Assembly (NCBI GenBank): GCA_903813345.2
Contig: CAIIXF020000001.1
Coordinates: forward strand, 46,438,001 to 46,502,000
Direction: 5' to 3'
Length of the DNA: 64,000 nt
Source: Owenia fusiformis
Taxonomy: Eukaryota
Position 1 is the first letter of the stretch, and every line of letters begins with the position of its first letter. Below the pieces are notes generated by a model. The model worked only from the letters and a program-made list of their open reading frames with translations. It did not search any database and had not been told where the DNA came from. This document shows, in pieces, positions 13,344 to 26,351 of the stretch. A program made the position numbers and the translations under genes.

Positions 13344-14228
13344 AACTAAAAATTGGCAACTCCAGGGAGTAGCAAATTCCAACGAGCACTATAATATCTT
13401 TGAATGTGCATTATGTCAATGAAAGTTTTGTTTACCATCTACTCTACCCTTGATTAAATTGGCAGATATTATAAAAGACATACATTGGAGATCAGAATTT
13501 CCATTGATTTAAGGATTTGAGTCCCAAAGGCACAAATCATTAAGACAATACAATACCTGAGTTCCAACATAGTATACTAGTAAGGGGAGGCATCAAAAGT
13601 TCGATGTCAGATCGGAAACTAAATAAATCTAGTTTTGACTCTGACCCCCCCCCCCCTCCCCCCCCAAAACTAAATACTATGAAAGTTGATCGCTGACTTC
13701 CGGTTTGAGAATTTGAAAAATTATTGCTAAACACGATCTAGTTTTTGTTAATTCCTATCGTAATTTGCTGCTTTCAACAACTACTGATAGAATAGAATCC
13801 ATTGGAACGATCTTGATGAAGAAAGCATCAGGTAAAATCTTTATTTTTAAACCATTCCAAGGTATTCTGGGTCGAAATTGCCAAAAATGTTGAAATTTGT
13901 CGGATAGCAAACTGAAATGGGTTTGAACCCCCTCCCCCCTAACTAGATTTATTTAGTTTTCTATCCGACATCAAACTTTTGATGCCTCCCCTAATGTAAC
14001 CATCTGTAAGAAATTGTGAATTCCTGCTCTAGGCAGCCATTCTAAGGCACAAATCAGAAAACAATACCACAATTACTCAGATGTGAGGAGGTAATTACCA
14101 GTTTCGCCACCAGTTGGCTGATTCAGGGGAAATAACATGGCAGGGTATTGATTCATCTTCCAGAAGGATGGCGGGACTGACGGACGGAGGGCTTCACTAT
14201 ATCCCTAGCAAATTTCATTTGTTTGGAT
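13344..14228 (-). mobile_element. Degenerate HINE/DINE-like element carrying an inserted MITE
   Basis: Both ends match the 45911 and 48206 elements (ggcaactcc.gggagtagcaaat.ccaacga and gacggacggagggcttcactatatcccta). Confidence 0.6.
13584..13991. mobile_element. PIF/Harbinger-like MITE, second copy
   Basis: Same TIRs as 7885-8252, with TAA flanks; the internal sequence is the reverse complement of that copy. Confidence 0.8.
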
Positions 14229-14889
14229 ATGACCAACAAAAAGAAGTAAGAACACAGACAAAAGTTCATTGAAAGGTACAAAGATTCATATAAAAGATAA
14301 AAATATAAAAGATTCAAATCCCAATATCCCAAAAAATGATCTAACATATAAAGAAACAGTGTCTAACTGCCACTCCATCATTCGGAATATATATATCTTT
14401 TATTGACTCTTTAGATGTCATGCTCTGACATATTAGTCATTACAAAATAAAAACATTGTACTACACTACACTACACTAGGTCTAAGCTATTATAATACAA
14501 TACATTATCACAATAACATTAAAAAAAGAAATAAAAGAAATGGTACATTTTGGAGTATGATGCTCACAGCATGATACCAGCCTGTGATACAAGTAAAATG
14601 ACACTATTGATCTAGAGAGAAAATCATTAATCAATTAATAAGATGGACAAACATGTTGAATATAGGAAGGAACAACAATGGTAACAATACGATATACTGT
14701 ATTGGCAATTAGATAATCAATGTAAAGACTTGAAGGAAGCCACTGAGAAGGAAATGAAAACATGAACTGGTCTATTCATGAACTATTTATGGATCTATAT
14801 CACTATTATGAGCATTCCGGTTTAATACACCATCTACAGTTTTATTTGACTTGCGGAAAGTTGTGAACTCAAGAGGCTCTGACATTAAA

Positions 14890-17031
14890 ATGGTTTCTTA
14901 TATATCAAATGAAGAAAAAGGAATAGAAATCATAGTATTAAGTTTTATTTGTTCACTAGCTGTTTTCGGGAATTTTACAATTGTTATGATCATATTAATA
15001 AACAAAGGGTTACAAACATATGCAAATACCTTTGTTTTGTGCCTTTGTATCGCAGATATCTTTGTGGGAATATTTAACATACCAATGACAATTGTTGCCA
15101 TCGTTACAGGAGTTTGGACATTTGGAGATGAGATGTGTATGATATCTGGATTTGTCAACATGTTGACACTGGTTGGGAGTGTCCTCTCTCTATGCAATAT
15201 AAGTATCAATCGTTACATCATGATTTGCAGTACACAGAGATACAACAAAGTATATAACAAGAAAAACACTTTATTCATGATATTAGGTGAGTTCATTTAC
15301 CTTCTATTAAAACCTTAAAACCTTATTAACCCTTTTGACCTTCTTAAGGTCATTGAAGGTCAAATCTTAAATCAGCTTTGAACTTCTGAAAACTTTTTGG
15401 AAAAAATTGAAGTCAGTCTAAACAGTATTTGTTATGTCATTGGAAGCTTTAAGCATTTGTTACAGACGCCACCCACCAATCGTAAACCTTTTTTGACCTC
15501 AAAAAGGTCAATGAAGGTCAAATCTTAAGTTTAAAGTCAGATTTGAACTTCTGAAAACTTATAGATGATTTTGAAAAAAATTGAAGTCAGTCCATAAACA
15601 GTATTTGTTAAATTATTGCCAGTTAAAAATTTGTTACAGAGGCCAACCACCAACGGCCGTCACAAAAAACAGAGACCATAACAATATGTCACCACTTTTA
15701 GGTGGTGACATAAAAAATGGAGACCATAACAATATATCACCACTTTTTGGTGGTGACATAATAATTATCCAATCCGCATTTAGAAATTTAGAGAAGAAAA
15801 CTATTCATTTTCGGTGAAAAAATATAAGAATTGATGGACAAAAATATTTGTCTAAAATTTCAATTCACTTAATATACTTATAACATAACATATAAATGCA
15901 AGTTATACTTTTATATATGAGGGAAATCTCTAATCATTGAGACAACCTATTTATGAATGTGACATATCATGACCCGGTATCATGACTAGTACTACCTTAG
16001 CTATCGGAATTCTTGTTTCTGGTAAAATTGATGTGTGAATTGAAAGTTGTTTTTGGAGTGCATTTTTAACAAAAAATTTTTGCAATGAGAGAGAGTGGTG
16101 TTTCATGACAAGGGATGTCACAGTTTCCTGATATTGTCCCGTCCCGTTGTATTGGTTATGTCCCATCCTAAATGTCCCATCCCGAAATGGATAATTCCCG
16201 TCCCGTCCCTAAATACTTTTGTTCCGTGACATCCCTAATCATGACCATATTTGATTGAATTAATTCTACAGAAATAAGCATTAAATATTTTTTATATTTA
16301 TAGGTATATGGATTTTCTCTGCTTGCATCTCATGTCCTCCAGTATTAGGATGGGGAGTATACACATATATTCCAACCCAGTCTATGTGCTTCTGTGATTG
16401 GAAAGTATCAATATCTTACACATTATTTATGGTAGCAGTGTGTTTTGGAGGACCTTGTTCCATCATGTCAATCTGCTATGTAAGGCTTCTATTAGAAGTT
16501 CGAAAAAGTAGAAAAAGAATGGAAACAGGTACAAAAACTGACTTACCAGGTACTAGATTGCACACTTCACAATTCACTAAATCAAATAAGGAAACAGCAT
16601 TTGATAAGAACAATACACTTAATGTTCCCGTTGATAACCACAAAGCTGCACATACCAGAAATAAAGACAAAATAGCAAAGGACAAGAAAGATAAGAAACA
16701 AGAAGATGAGATAAAATTGGCAATTTCACTTCTGGTTGTCATAGTAACATTCATCATATCATGGCTTCCTTTTTGCATAACCATGTTCATCTCAGTTTTC
16801 TCTGGCGAGAATGTATCAAGGACTGCAGATATTACTACACTGATTCTAGGCTACGCAAATAGCGCATACAACCCTATTATTTATGGACTAATGAATAAAA
16901 GGTACCAGGAAGGATTCAAAAAAATATTTCACAGGTGTTCAAAATTGAACAACTCTGTTACTAATCACAGGGTTGATCAGTCAGTAATAGCATCATCATA
17001 CACAACAGAAACAAAAATAATACATTCATAA
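14890..17031 (+). CDS. Rhodopsin-like class A GPCR (melatonin receptor/Tre1-like, NRY type), 2 exons (14890-15286, 16304-17031), about 374 aa
   Basis: Motifs GN (TM1), LCIAD (TM2), WTFG..C, SINRY (TM3), SWLP (TM6) and NPIIY (TM7). A phase-1 intron gtgagt...tag joins the exons in frame. Confidence 0.9.
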
Positions 17032-17256
17032 TTTACGACATGAACGAACAGAAAGTGAATATTTTCATTGATAATTGTCAATAAACCTACTAAAACAAAT
17101 TCAAGCAATCAATAAATACATTAGGAATACTATATTGAGGTATCACATTCGGTTATTTAGTTGGACTGAGTCCAGTTTTGAGGAGGAAATTGATGTTTTT
17201 GTTTCAAACTTTGCACAAGATATGTAGCATGGAGTGTTAAGTCTAGGAAACAACAT

Positions 17257-17286
17257 CTGAATGAATGAATGAATGAATGAATGAAT
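17257..17286. repeat. (TGAA)n microsatellite
   Basis: About 7 tandem TGAA units. Confidence 0.85.
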
Positions 17287-18990
17287 CGGTCACGAAGCAT
17301 GGAGTCTTGGGCTTAAATTCTTTTCAAACAAAATTTTTTCAAATTTTTTCGGATCTTCCATGTTAAAGTCCATAGTCTTTGTGCTTTGATTAGTTGACAT
17401 TTTGAATACATTTGTAAAATCATTATCCCACGTTTGTTACACAGTATTGAACCTTTTATTGGGAGGACTTCCTGATACAACTTCACCGTCTATCATATCA
17501 GTTGAAAATTTAATTTTTACTAAATTCCCGGGAATTAAGTGACGTGATGTCATTTTAATTGAATATATAGTGGTATTCACTAAAAATGACGTCACTGCCG
17601 GTGTATACACCCTTCACACGTTTTCTAAGCAGGGAGACATGGAGTACCTCTATATATTTTTAGTCACATGGTATCTAATTGACCAATGAGAGAACGAGTA
17701 TTACGGCATGGAAATAATAGTAGTACAATAGCGTCATTTCGAAGGGCAATATCATTAGTATTATTACCACCGTTAATGACCAGGACTGAAACAGCAAGAA
17801 AATCGTACACACTGAACGATATCTAATTTCCCGAGGAAAATTACCGCAATCTTCTTGGGTGGATTGTTGGTTATATAATGCATTGTACTAATATGAAATA
17901 GAGTGTTCTGATTGGCTGAAATTGGACACATCTTGCTTAAATATGTGTGAATTAAAAATTAAGGCATTGAATAATATTTTGAAATCAATAAAAATCATCA
18001 GTGGCGTTGTCTAGATATAATTGTTATGAACTGTAGAATTTATTCGTATTTAGCATTGATGTTTGCATATCACTTAAAAATAATTAGCGTACCCGTAGAC
18101 TCTTTTATGCGAGTTCATCTATTGTGCAGCATGCAATTAAGCAATCAATAGATCAAGCAGGTTCCCCACCCTAAACAAGGCACAGACGTGAACAATATCG
18201 TACCTAAAACACAGCATTGTGGTCTTGTTGACCAAGAAAGCAAGATGGCCGCAGAAAAGTTAATCAGCTCTAGAACTTATCACTGTGTAACATATGTAAA
18301 AATTTGAACGGTTTGGCTGGAAACCTGTAGACAAGTCTTGAAAGTAAAGATTTTAGGACGGAAAATCCAAAATGGCCACCTTAAAATTTACCCAGAATGC
18401 CCAAAAACTAATCAGTTCTTGACGTTGATATTCAAAAAGCTTGCTAATGTGAAATACTCCTACTGCGCTGGAGTTAACCTGAGATCAGGAAATACTGTAG
18501 CATACCCCTTATGCTTAGGATCAATCATAATTACTAGGATCAAGGGGGTTATTATCAGGAACTTGTTAAAGTTGTTAAAGAATTCTATTTGTCCATTGTT
18601 GTCTATCATATGATGTCATTATATCCATGGTTACAATGATTGATTCAGGAATACTTAAATTTAAGGCAGGGAGCAAACATCTTTTCAACAATGTGGCACA
18701 TAGTTTTTAGATTTTCAAGAGTGTAGTACACAGTTGCTCTAAGGCCGAGAGAATATTGAAACATAAAATCACACATTATAGATTAATGTAATGTCAGAAA
18801 ATAGAGTGGGAACTATTTATCTCATTCAGTGTAAATAAAGTATTGCGGGGGCACTCCTGCGCAACAATTTTCAATTCTAATGACATCTATTAGCAAATAT
18901 AAATCCACAATTTTGAATGATACTTGATATTATTAAATTCTTTCAAATGTATATAATTATTATATCATTGTTTTATTAATCTATGATTTA

Positions 18991-19062
18991 ACCCATAAAG
19001 TTCAGCAGTAGAGCATGTACCTCTTACGCAATAGGTCCCGAATTCGATCCCCGGTTCAGGCA
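18991..19062 (+). pseudogene. Degenerate tRNA-like sequence (tRNA pseudogene or SINE head)
   Basis: A-box-like agttcagcagtagagc and T-arm/B-box-like aggtcccgaattcgatccccgg, resembling tRNA-Ala arms. The acceptor stem does not pair well. Confidence 0.55.
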
Positions 19063-19970
19063 ATAATTGATTTGCTTGCAACTCGTAAAAAGGCTGTGGT
19101 GTGTACTTGTATAGAGAACAGCAACGCCAAAGTGTAGCAAATCCCATCCAACAGCCATGGCTGGTATTTTTACAAACATTTAAGCAAAAAATGGCAGCCA
19201 TTTTTCAAAATGGCCACCTTCTACCAAAAGTATCATTAGACAGTGCGTCATGCTTACAGTATTCACATACCAAATATGAACATACACTGTAGTTGCTTCA
19301 CTACTTTTCGAGTTACAGTAAAATATGGTAAAAAGGTGGCTATTTTTCAAAATGGCCACCTTCTACCAAAAGTGTCATTAGACAGTGTGCCATGCTTATA
19401 GTATTTACATACTAAATATGAACAAAATCGCTCCACTACTTTTCGAGTTACAGTAAAATACGTTAAAATGGCTGCCATTTTTCAAAATGGCCGCCTTCTA
19501 CCAAAAGTGTCATTAGACAGTGTGCTATGCTTATAGCATCCACATACCAAGTATGAACAAAATCGCTCCACTACTTTTCGAGTTACAGCAAAAATCGTAA
19601 AATAACGAGTAAAGGCCGCCATTTTTCAAGATGACTGCCATGTGCTTCTTTAATATCTACATTTCTAGCTTTATTATGTCCTATATAATTTTTTTACATT
19701 TAAAACATATTGCTATTTCAGTTTTACATATTGCACCTAAACTACTGTAAAATCGGCACTAAAATGGCCGCCATTTTTAAATGAGAGGCCATTTTGAAAA
19801 TAGGCTTTCGAGCAGAACTTCTACCACCATAGGGTATATGTGATCCCCTGCCAGGACTATAGTCCTGTGAACGTCTTATTCTTTTGCCTGTACGATATGG
19901 GAGGATTTTCTACGCTTCTTACACTAATATACCTACTTCAATAGATTCCTTGGTATTTTAGCATATTCTT

Positions 19971-20650
19971 TTCGTGTAGTTGAATCCACAATTGTCTGGG
20001 TATATCGGCAGAACGGGAACATTTTTCTTTTTCATCGAGAGAGATTCCATCACTTTTCAAGATTGCAGTTGGATTTAAAAGAAGTAGATCGAACTCCTAT
20101 GCAGTGTCTCGGTATAGACACTGCGGCGGGCAGATTATGGAATCCCCAAAATTTGGGAAAGATAGTCCCCCTTTTTCTCACAGATGTACTTGTTTTTCAC
20201 ACAACTTAAAAAATATATGTTCTTTTATGTTCACCAATAATTATTTTGTCGAAATATTCCAAAATCAATGAAATATAAGAGGAAATCCCCGCGGAAGGAA
20301 TTCTGAGTAAAAGTTGTGTTGATAAAAGTTTACCGCACGTGTTGTTTATAAGTTAATACGCGCAATTCAACCAATGAAATTGTCTAAATTTTACAATCAC
20401 GCGACCTGAGCATGGGACTAGAACCAATCACGTCAGTTGTTTATTACGATGTTACCATGCTTACGGTGAGATACCTGCCCGCCGCAGTGATATATCACTG
20501 CATGGGAGTTCGGAAGTAGATATCTAACAATTATGGAGGAATTTGAGGGTTGAAATAAGTTAAATATTACACGCAAATATTGCGATCAAAAATGAAAATT
20601 TCTTTGTTCTGCTGATAAACCCAGACAATTGTTGATTCAACTACACGGAA
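19971..20650. mobile_element. MITE with about 65-bp TIRs (outer nested element)
   Basis: cgtgtagttgaatccacaattgtctgggtatatcggcagaac versus gttctgctgataaacccagacaattgttgattcaactacacg. Confidence 0.7.
20090..20512. mobile_element. Mutator-like MITE with 9-bp TSD (inner nested element)
   Basis: TIRs cgaactcctatgcagtg...cactgcggcgggcag and their complement, with a perfect flanking repeat GAAGTAGAT. Confidence 0.8.
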
Positions 20651-21300
20651 TAGACGTAGAGACTCTATATGTGTACAAAATATGAACAAAATCGGGCCAA
20701 CGGTATTTAAACGGACGGACGGAGGAGTTCCCTATATCGCTGCAAACTTCGTTCGATGGGATAATAACAAAACAGATGCGGGATTCACTGGTAGGAAGAT
20801 TAGGTACCCCGTCTCCCGGATACACGGTTATACCCGTCGCCCGGTTTTTTACACAAACCCCCAAACTTGGAAATATGCCTGCAGCTAAATCTGAAACAGA
20901 GCATTCTAACTTTATCTAAGTGCATAAACACTTACCTTACAGCCTGCCTAACAGTGTACCAAGTAGCTTGTCTAACGTGTGGGAGGAGTAGTGTAGTCAG
21001 GAAAGAGAGAACTACACATGAACATTAGATTTATGATTTCGAATATAATGTTGGCCTTGACCTCGTCTTTCCCGGGGACAAAACATTAGATTTACGCAGT
21101 TATTTTGTATAGAACTTTAGAGAAATTATCACCCAAATTTTGAAAGAACAAATAATAATGATTTTAAAGGATATAAAAAACAGCAAATATTATCGTTTTT
21201 GTGAAAAGTGAGTACAAGTTAGTCATATTTAAAATTGCGACAGTTGTATCCTATGTAAACTATTTCGCGTGTGCTATGAAATTTGCCGCGAAAAACAAAG

Positions 21301-24300
21301 ATGGCAGACATGGAAAATCAACAAAATGTACAACCTTTTGAAGAGGAGCCTACTGACCCAGATGGTCCTGAACCAGAAACAGAAGAGGTTGAAAAGACGG
21401 AAAGAATTGTAAGGTTTCCTATTACTCGCATCAAAACAATTATGAAGCAAGATCCCGATGTGAATTTAGCCAGTCAAGAAGCAGTTGCCCTCATAGCAAA
21501 AGCAACAGTGAGTTTCTATTTGCACCTTGCAGAGAGTCAGCGTACCATGAATCAGTAATCAGACAGATGCAGATCCCCGCCAAATTCTTTTGTAGTAGGA
21601 TCAGAAGCTCAAAGAATAATTTTATTCTTTGAGCCTATGAGATCCTACTACAAGGATCTGTAGTCAACAAGGATCTGACCAACATCTGTTGATGCTAACT
21701 GTCTGATCATTGGTCCTAAAGCTGAAAGAGAGTAAGAGTTGTTTTCACAGGATCTGATTCTGAAGATGGAAGCGGAAGATTTGGGTGCCCATTGGTTCGA
21801 AACTCAATTGTCCCAATCCCATAGGTCCAGATCTCTATGGTCGGAATTCCATTGGCCGAGACCCTATCGCAAGACTTATGCCTGGTACAACCGTCACCGC
21901 ATGTTACCTGTGCGTACCCAGCATACCGGGCGCTACGTCCATGTCAACAATTGTTAAATTTTGTAACATTAGGTTACGAATGAATTGGATTTGGACCAAT
22001 GGGGTGTCCTCCACTTAAGATTTGTCTTCTATAGCCTAGTGGTGTAGCATGGGTATTTTGTGAGTGTATGCCACGGATTAGTGAAGAGAACAAGCTTTGA
22101 GGGGGGTTTGGTATGGGGGGCTTTCCCCCAAGAAAATTTAAAAATGAGATTGTATTTGAAGCGTTCTGCGACATTTTAAGATTCTGAAATTCCGACTAAT
22201 ATAGACCAATAAAATGTAAATTATTGGCCATTTTATCAGAATATCCAATATGGGGCAATTCAGTATAAAATCAATATATTTTTGAGAGTACACCACGGCA
22301 TTTTATGCATATATGACACCAGCCATTGTAGCGGGTACTAAAAGAACCTGCCAATTATATGTTCCATTTATATGCTCTGGGGGTTTCCCTCCACTTGCAA
22401 CCTTTACTATGTTTACCGGAAGGTGTATTTCTGATGATATCATCTCATCACGATCATCTTAAAATTAAAGTCCATGACTTCAGTCTCTCTGGTGGTACAT
22501 GTATCTTGTTTAAGGTGCCATGGTAGTTTTCAAACATTTTTTGAACCAAGATATCAGAGTTCTGTTTTGACCTACAGTCAGTTTAACTAATTCCAAATAT
22601 CATTTACATGACCCAGGATCACAATGGCTATGGTAAGAATGACCCTAAACATGATGAACGCTAAACGATATGTGTCACCCTTTAAATTACATCTGTTTTA
22701 GTGGTTGAATTTTCATATAACCCTTATGTATCTAATAGTTATGCAAATTAAAATATGTCCAGTAAAGGAAATATTATCTGTCCAATACAAGAAAAGATAT
22801 TTCACTTTTTGTGATTTTATAACATGGGATCTATGGGGAATCTCCCCAAACTAGATGTCACATTTTCAAAAAAATTAAATTTTCTAAGTTGATAAACAAT
22901 TTTTGAAACTATATTTCTAGATGCACTTTTACAAGTAGATTTCAAATATGACATCACTTGACTGAATTTTGAATAATTAATGACGTAAATCAAGATTATT
23001 TCTACTCGCGTCTATTTGACGGGTGCATCTTAGTTTTGACAGGTGTATCCAAGCCAATAGACTTGCACTAAGCAAGTGTCACCACTTTCATACATACATA
23101 CATACAAATAGAGTCAAAATAAAACAATTATTGTGTAGCTTAGAGGATGTCAGAAATGGTCAAAATTTCATTTTCTAATTAACCAGTGACTTTCTGTTGC
23201 ACTAAAAAACTTGAATGATAAAAGGAATGGAGGTTAATTTGCCTCATGGCACTGAGATATGGCCACTGATGTACATACAATTAACCTCCCAAATTATAAT
23301 GCCTGATTTTTACAAAAGGGTGTATTTTCCAGGAATTTTTCATTGGTGCCATGGCAAAAGAATCCTATTCTTTCACTCTTCAGGGGAAAAGGAAAACTGT
23401 ACAGAAAAAAGATATAGGTAAGGAAAATGTTATATTTCTTTTTATTGAATTTTTTTTAAAGAAAAATGTGTTAACAGATTGTATGCCTTCTGAAATGTGC
23501 AGTTGATAACTCAATTAAAGTTATTGATCCAGACATATAATTTATCAGCATGAGTGACTGAATTGACTCCTAATACTTCATAGCCAGATTCTGGCATAAA
23601 TGTGAAAATTGCAGGTACATACATGTGATAATGTTACACAATAGGTAAATTGTTTTGGAAAATTAATAAAAAAAAATAATTAAAAAAATTGAAACCAACA
23701 AATATCACTTTTGAAACCACTGAATATCACTTTTGGAGAAGTGGTATTCAGTGGATATCACTTTTTAAGAAGTGATATTTGATTGTTTGGGAATATTTGC
23801 GAAAACATATCTTTATCCACATATCAAATATATTTTCACGTGATATTCAACCATGAGATAAATGAACCTACTTTACTGCAAAACAATATTCCAAAAATTG
23901 CTTACTTAATAATTTGCATAAATATTTATTTCACCTAATGTTTAAAAATGAAAGTATCAATAATGTTAGTGTTATCAATTTTATGTTTCTTATGTATACC
24001 TTGGTTTTTATAATTTTTGGTTTCCCCATCTGGCACTTATGCTTACAAATTGAGTCTGTTACCACCTAATGGCTTTAGTTTTTGGGATAATACACAATTA
24101 AGTATGGCTGAAACATAGTTAATATCTGAAACATGATTGATTTACATAGATTGAATTGAATGAAGATGTATATTAGTAATGTAGTCATTCTCCTCAAGTC
24201 ATTCACAATCATCTCTCCGACTGGTAGAATGTCTAGATATCGATATAATCATTTACAGAGTAATTCTCATTGTCGTGTATGGTTTCAGATAATGCAATAG

Positions 24301-24706
24301 ATGTTACAGATGAATTTGCATTCTTAGAAGGTGAGTATACAATGGCCTTGTTCTGTATGGATTAAATTCTGTATTTCTATTTAGTCCAGAAAATCCATAT
24401 AATTACATGTAATGTATTGTTCATTCATTCATTTCTGAAAATCTAGAAACAAGAAACCCAGTAGTAATTGCTAGTTTAGTTACTGGAGGCCTATTCTAAT
24501 TTTTCACATCCAGTGTTTTTTATTTTGGCAAATATTTAGGTTTACAATATTTATGCTACTAGCATTCTTGACATTGTTTTGCGGAAACATGTGTCTTGTA
24601 ATTTTCCATTCTGATCATCTCGATCATTTTACTTTTTTTTAGTAAACTACAGAAAACATTGTCATTCATAAATTCATCTATATTTCCAGGTACTTTGGAC
24701 TCATAG
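21301..24706 (+). CDS. POLE4: DNA polymerase epsilon subunit 4 (histone-fold), 4 exons (21301-21507, 23333-23417, 24289-24330, 24690-24706), about 116 aa
   Basis: RFPITRIKTIMKQDPDVNLASQEAVALIAKAT|EFFI...QGKRKTVQKKDI|DNAIDVTDEFAFLE|GTLDS*; all introns are GT-AG and in frame. Confidence 0.93.
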
Positions 24707-26178
24707 CATCAATGACAATACAATACAATACAATATAATAAAAAGCTGAAGGCTCATAATGCCAATGTAAATAACATGAGACAACAGTGTTGCTATGGAG
24801 ATTAGAGACAGACATCAATACTCTGGTATACGGAGACAATAACGATGATACTAAACACTGTTGTTGTGGTATTTAGACAAAGTTAATATTTTGGTGTGTT
24901 TAGTAACATAAAGGAAAGACTGAAAAGTGTTGATATAGAGAGAGACTACATGTATTTCATATTTAGGTGCTCAGCTATGTTAATACGATTATATAGTCAA
25001 AATTGGCTAACAGAGTTGCCTTGAGTTATTATTTTCCCATACATTCTGAATATGACTATTATGTCACACTTAAAGTGGTTATGTTATTTTTAATGAGGTC
25101 AGTAGAACCTTTTTATTAAGTTCTAGAAATAAGATGGCAGTACAAACTTATGTACCAAGCGCATATACATTAATGCAACTAAGTTCTTAAAGACAATCTA
25201 ATAGCAAACAGACATTTTATCTGGGGAGAACCCATGATGGTATGACACAAAGATAGCATCACCAGACCAAATTCATAATCAGACATTGGTGCCACTGTAC
25301 TCTGTACTCTAATAAATAATTCTAGTGCAGGTTTGTGCGGGCACTGCAGGTTGGCCCTAGCACCAAGTGTTGTGATTAGAAGTTGAACAAAAAGTGAACC
25401 TACAAATGCTATTGGTAATTTCATAGGCTAAGGTCGATAGAAATAATTTCTAAATAAAGATGGCATGGAAATCGATTTGTAATATTTAAATATCAGGGGG
25501 ATTAACCCCTGAGTTCAAAGATGACGTACGCTTATAATGTAAACCTGTATTGAGATGACCATCGAATAATGTTGTTCTTCTCTGGCGGGTTAACCAATAT
25601 CATAGCTTTTTATAGTATCATAGTATTTGAAAACTTGCCAGTGAAAATTCGAACAAACGAAGGTGGTAAGCAAGAGAAATGAATACATCTATGACCATGA
25701 AGAAGTCTATATGACAATATAGAAAATGAGCACAGTACATGTACATTATTCCAAAAACATGACTGCATAACTATGAAATAAAATATGACAGGCCAAATAT
25801 TTCATGTAAATAAAACTTGATATGCAGAAAGAGAATGAGAGACTTGATTGTTATGGTATGTCATCTTTAGTTATTTATTTGTTCATTAACAATAACAGTG
25901 CTTTTAAAGTGGCCTATCATGAATAACGTCTACATAGCATGCAAATTTTGGGTAGACATTGTCATTCCCGGATGCCCAAATGTGTCAGGAACACATAGAT
26001 ACTCGAATGATCTTGATTGGACATCAGGATGCAGAGAAATCGTAATTTTACTGAGTGGCTTCACGAAAAAATAAGTAGGGTTATAAGCAACTCTTATCAG
26101 GCAGATAACTAATTTGAGGGAGCTGGTTCAACCGCCAAGTATTATTCAAAATGATATACTTTGTGTAGACCCCAATCC

Positions 26179-26351
26179 AAAGGAGTGGTATTGATATGGA
26201 GAACTTTTTGAACACACGTTTTTCTTAAACCTGTCAAAAAAAATCTTAAAATTTTACACATCGTCAATTTAATGATCATCTTTTGAATGGTAACAATATA
26301 ATTTGAAAAATAATTGTTGAATTCAGTTCTCCATATCGATACCACTCCTTT
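26179..26351. mobile_element. Short MITE with TIR aaaggagtggtatcgatatggagaact
   Basis: Near-perfect 27-bp inverted repeats; the same TIRs delimit 57994-59021. Confidence 0.7.

Larger units (their letters stand above)
19187..20763 (-). mobile_element. HINE-like element with about 3 internal 135-142-bp tandem repeats, interrupted by nested MITEs
   Basis: Repeat units aaaatggccaccttctaccaaaagtgtcattagacagtg. The end has (acgg)n plus ttcgttcgatgggataa. 19620-19825 is the reverse complement of part of the element at 57450-57785. Confidence 0.65.

Noticed and set aside
14898..16790. Antisense ORFs over the GPCR exons
   Set aside because: Shadow ORFs of the coding strand.
18991..19062. Functional tRNA gene
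   Set aside because: The A and B boxes are mutated and the acceptor and anticodon stems pair poorly.
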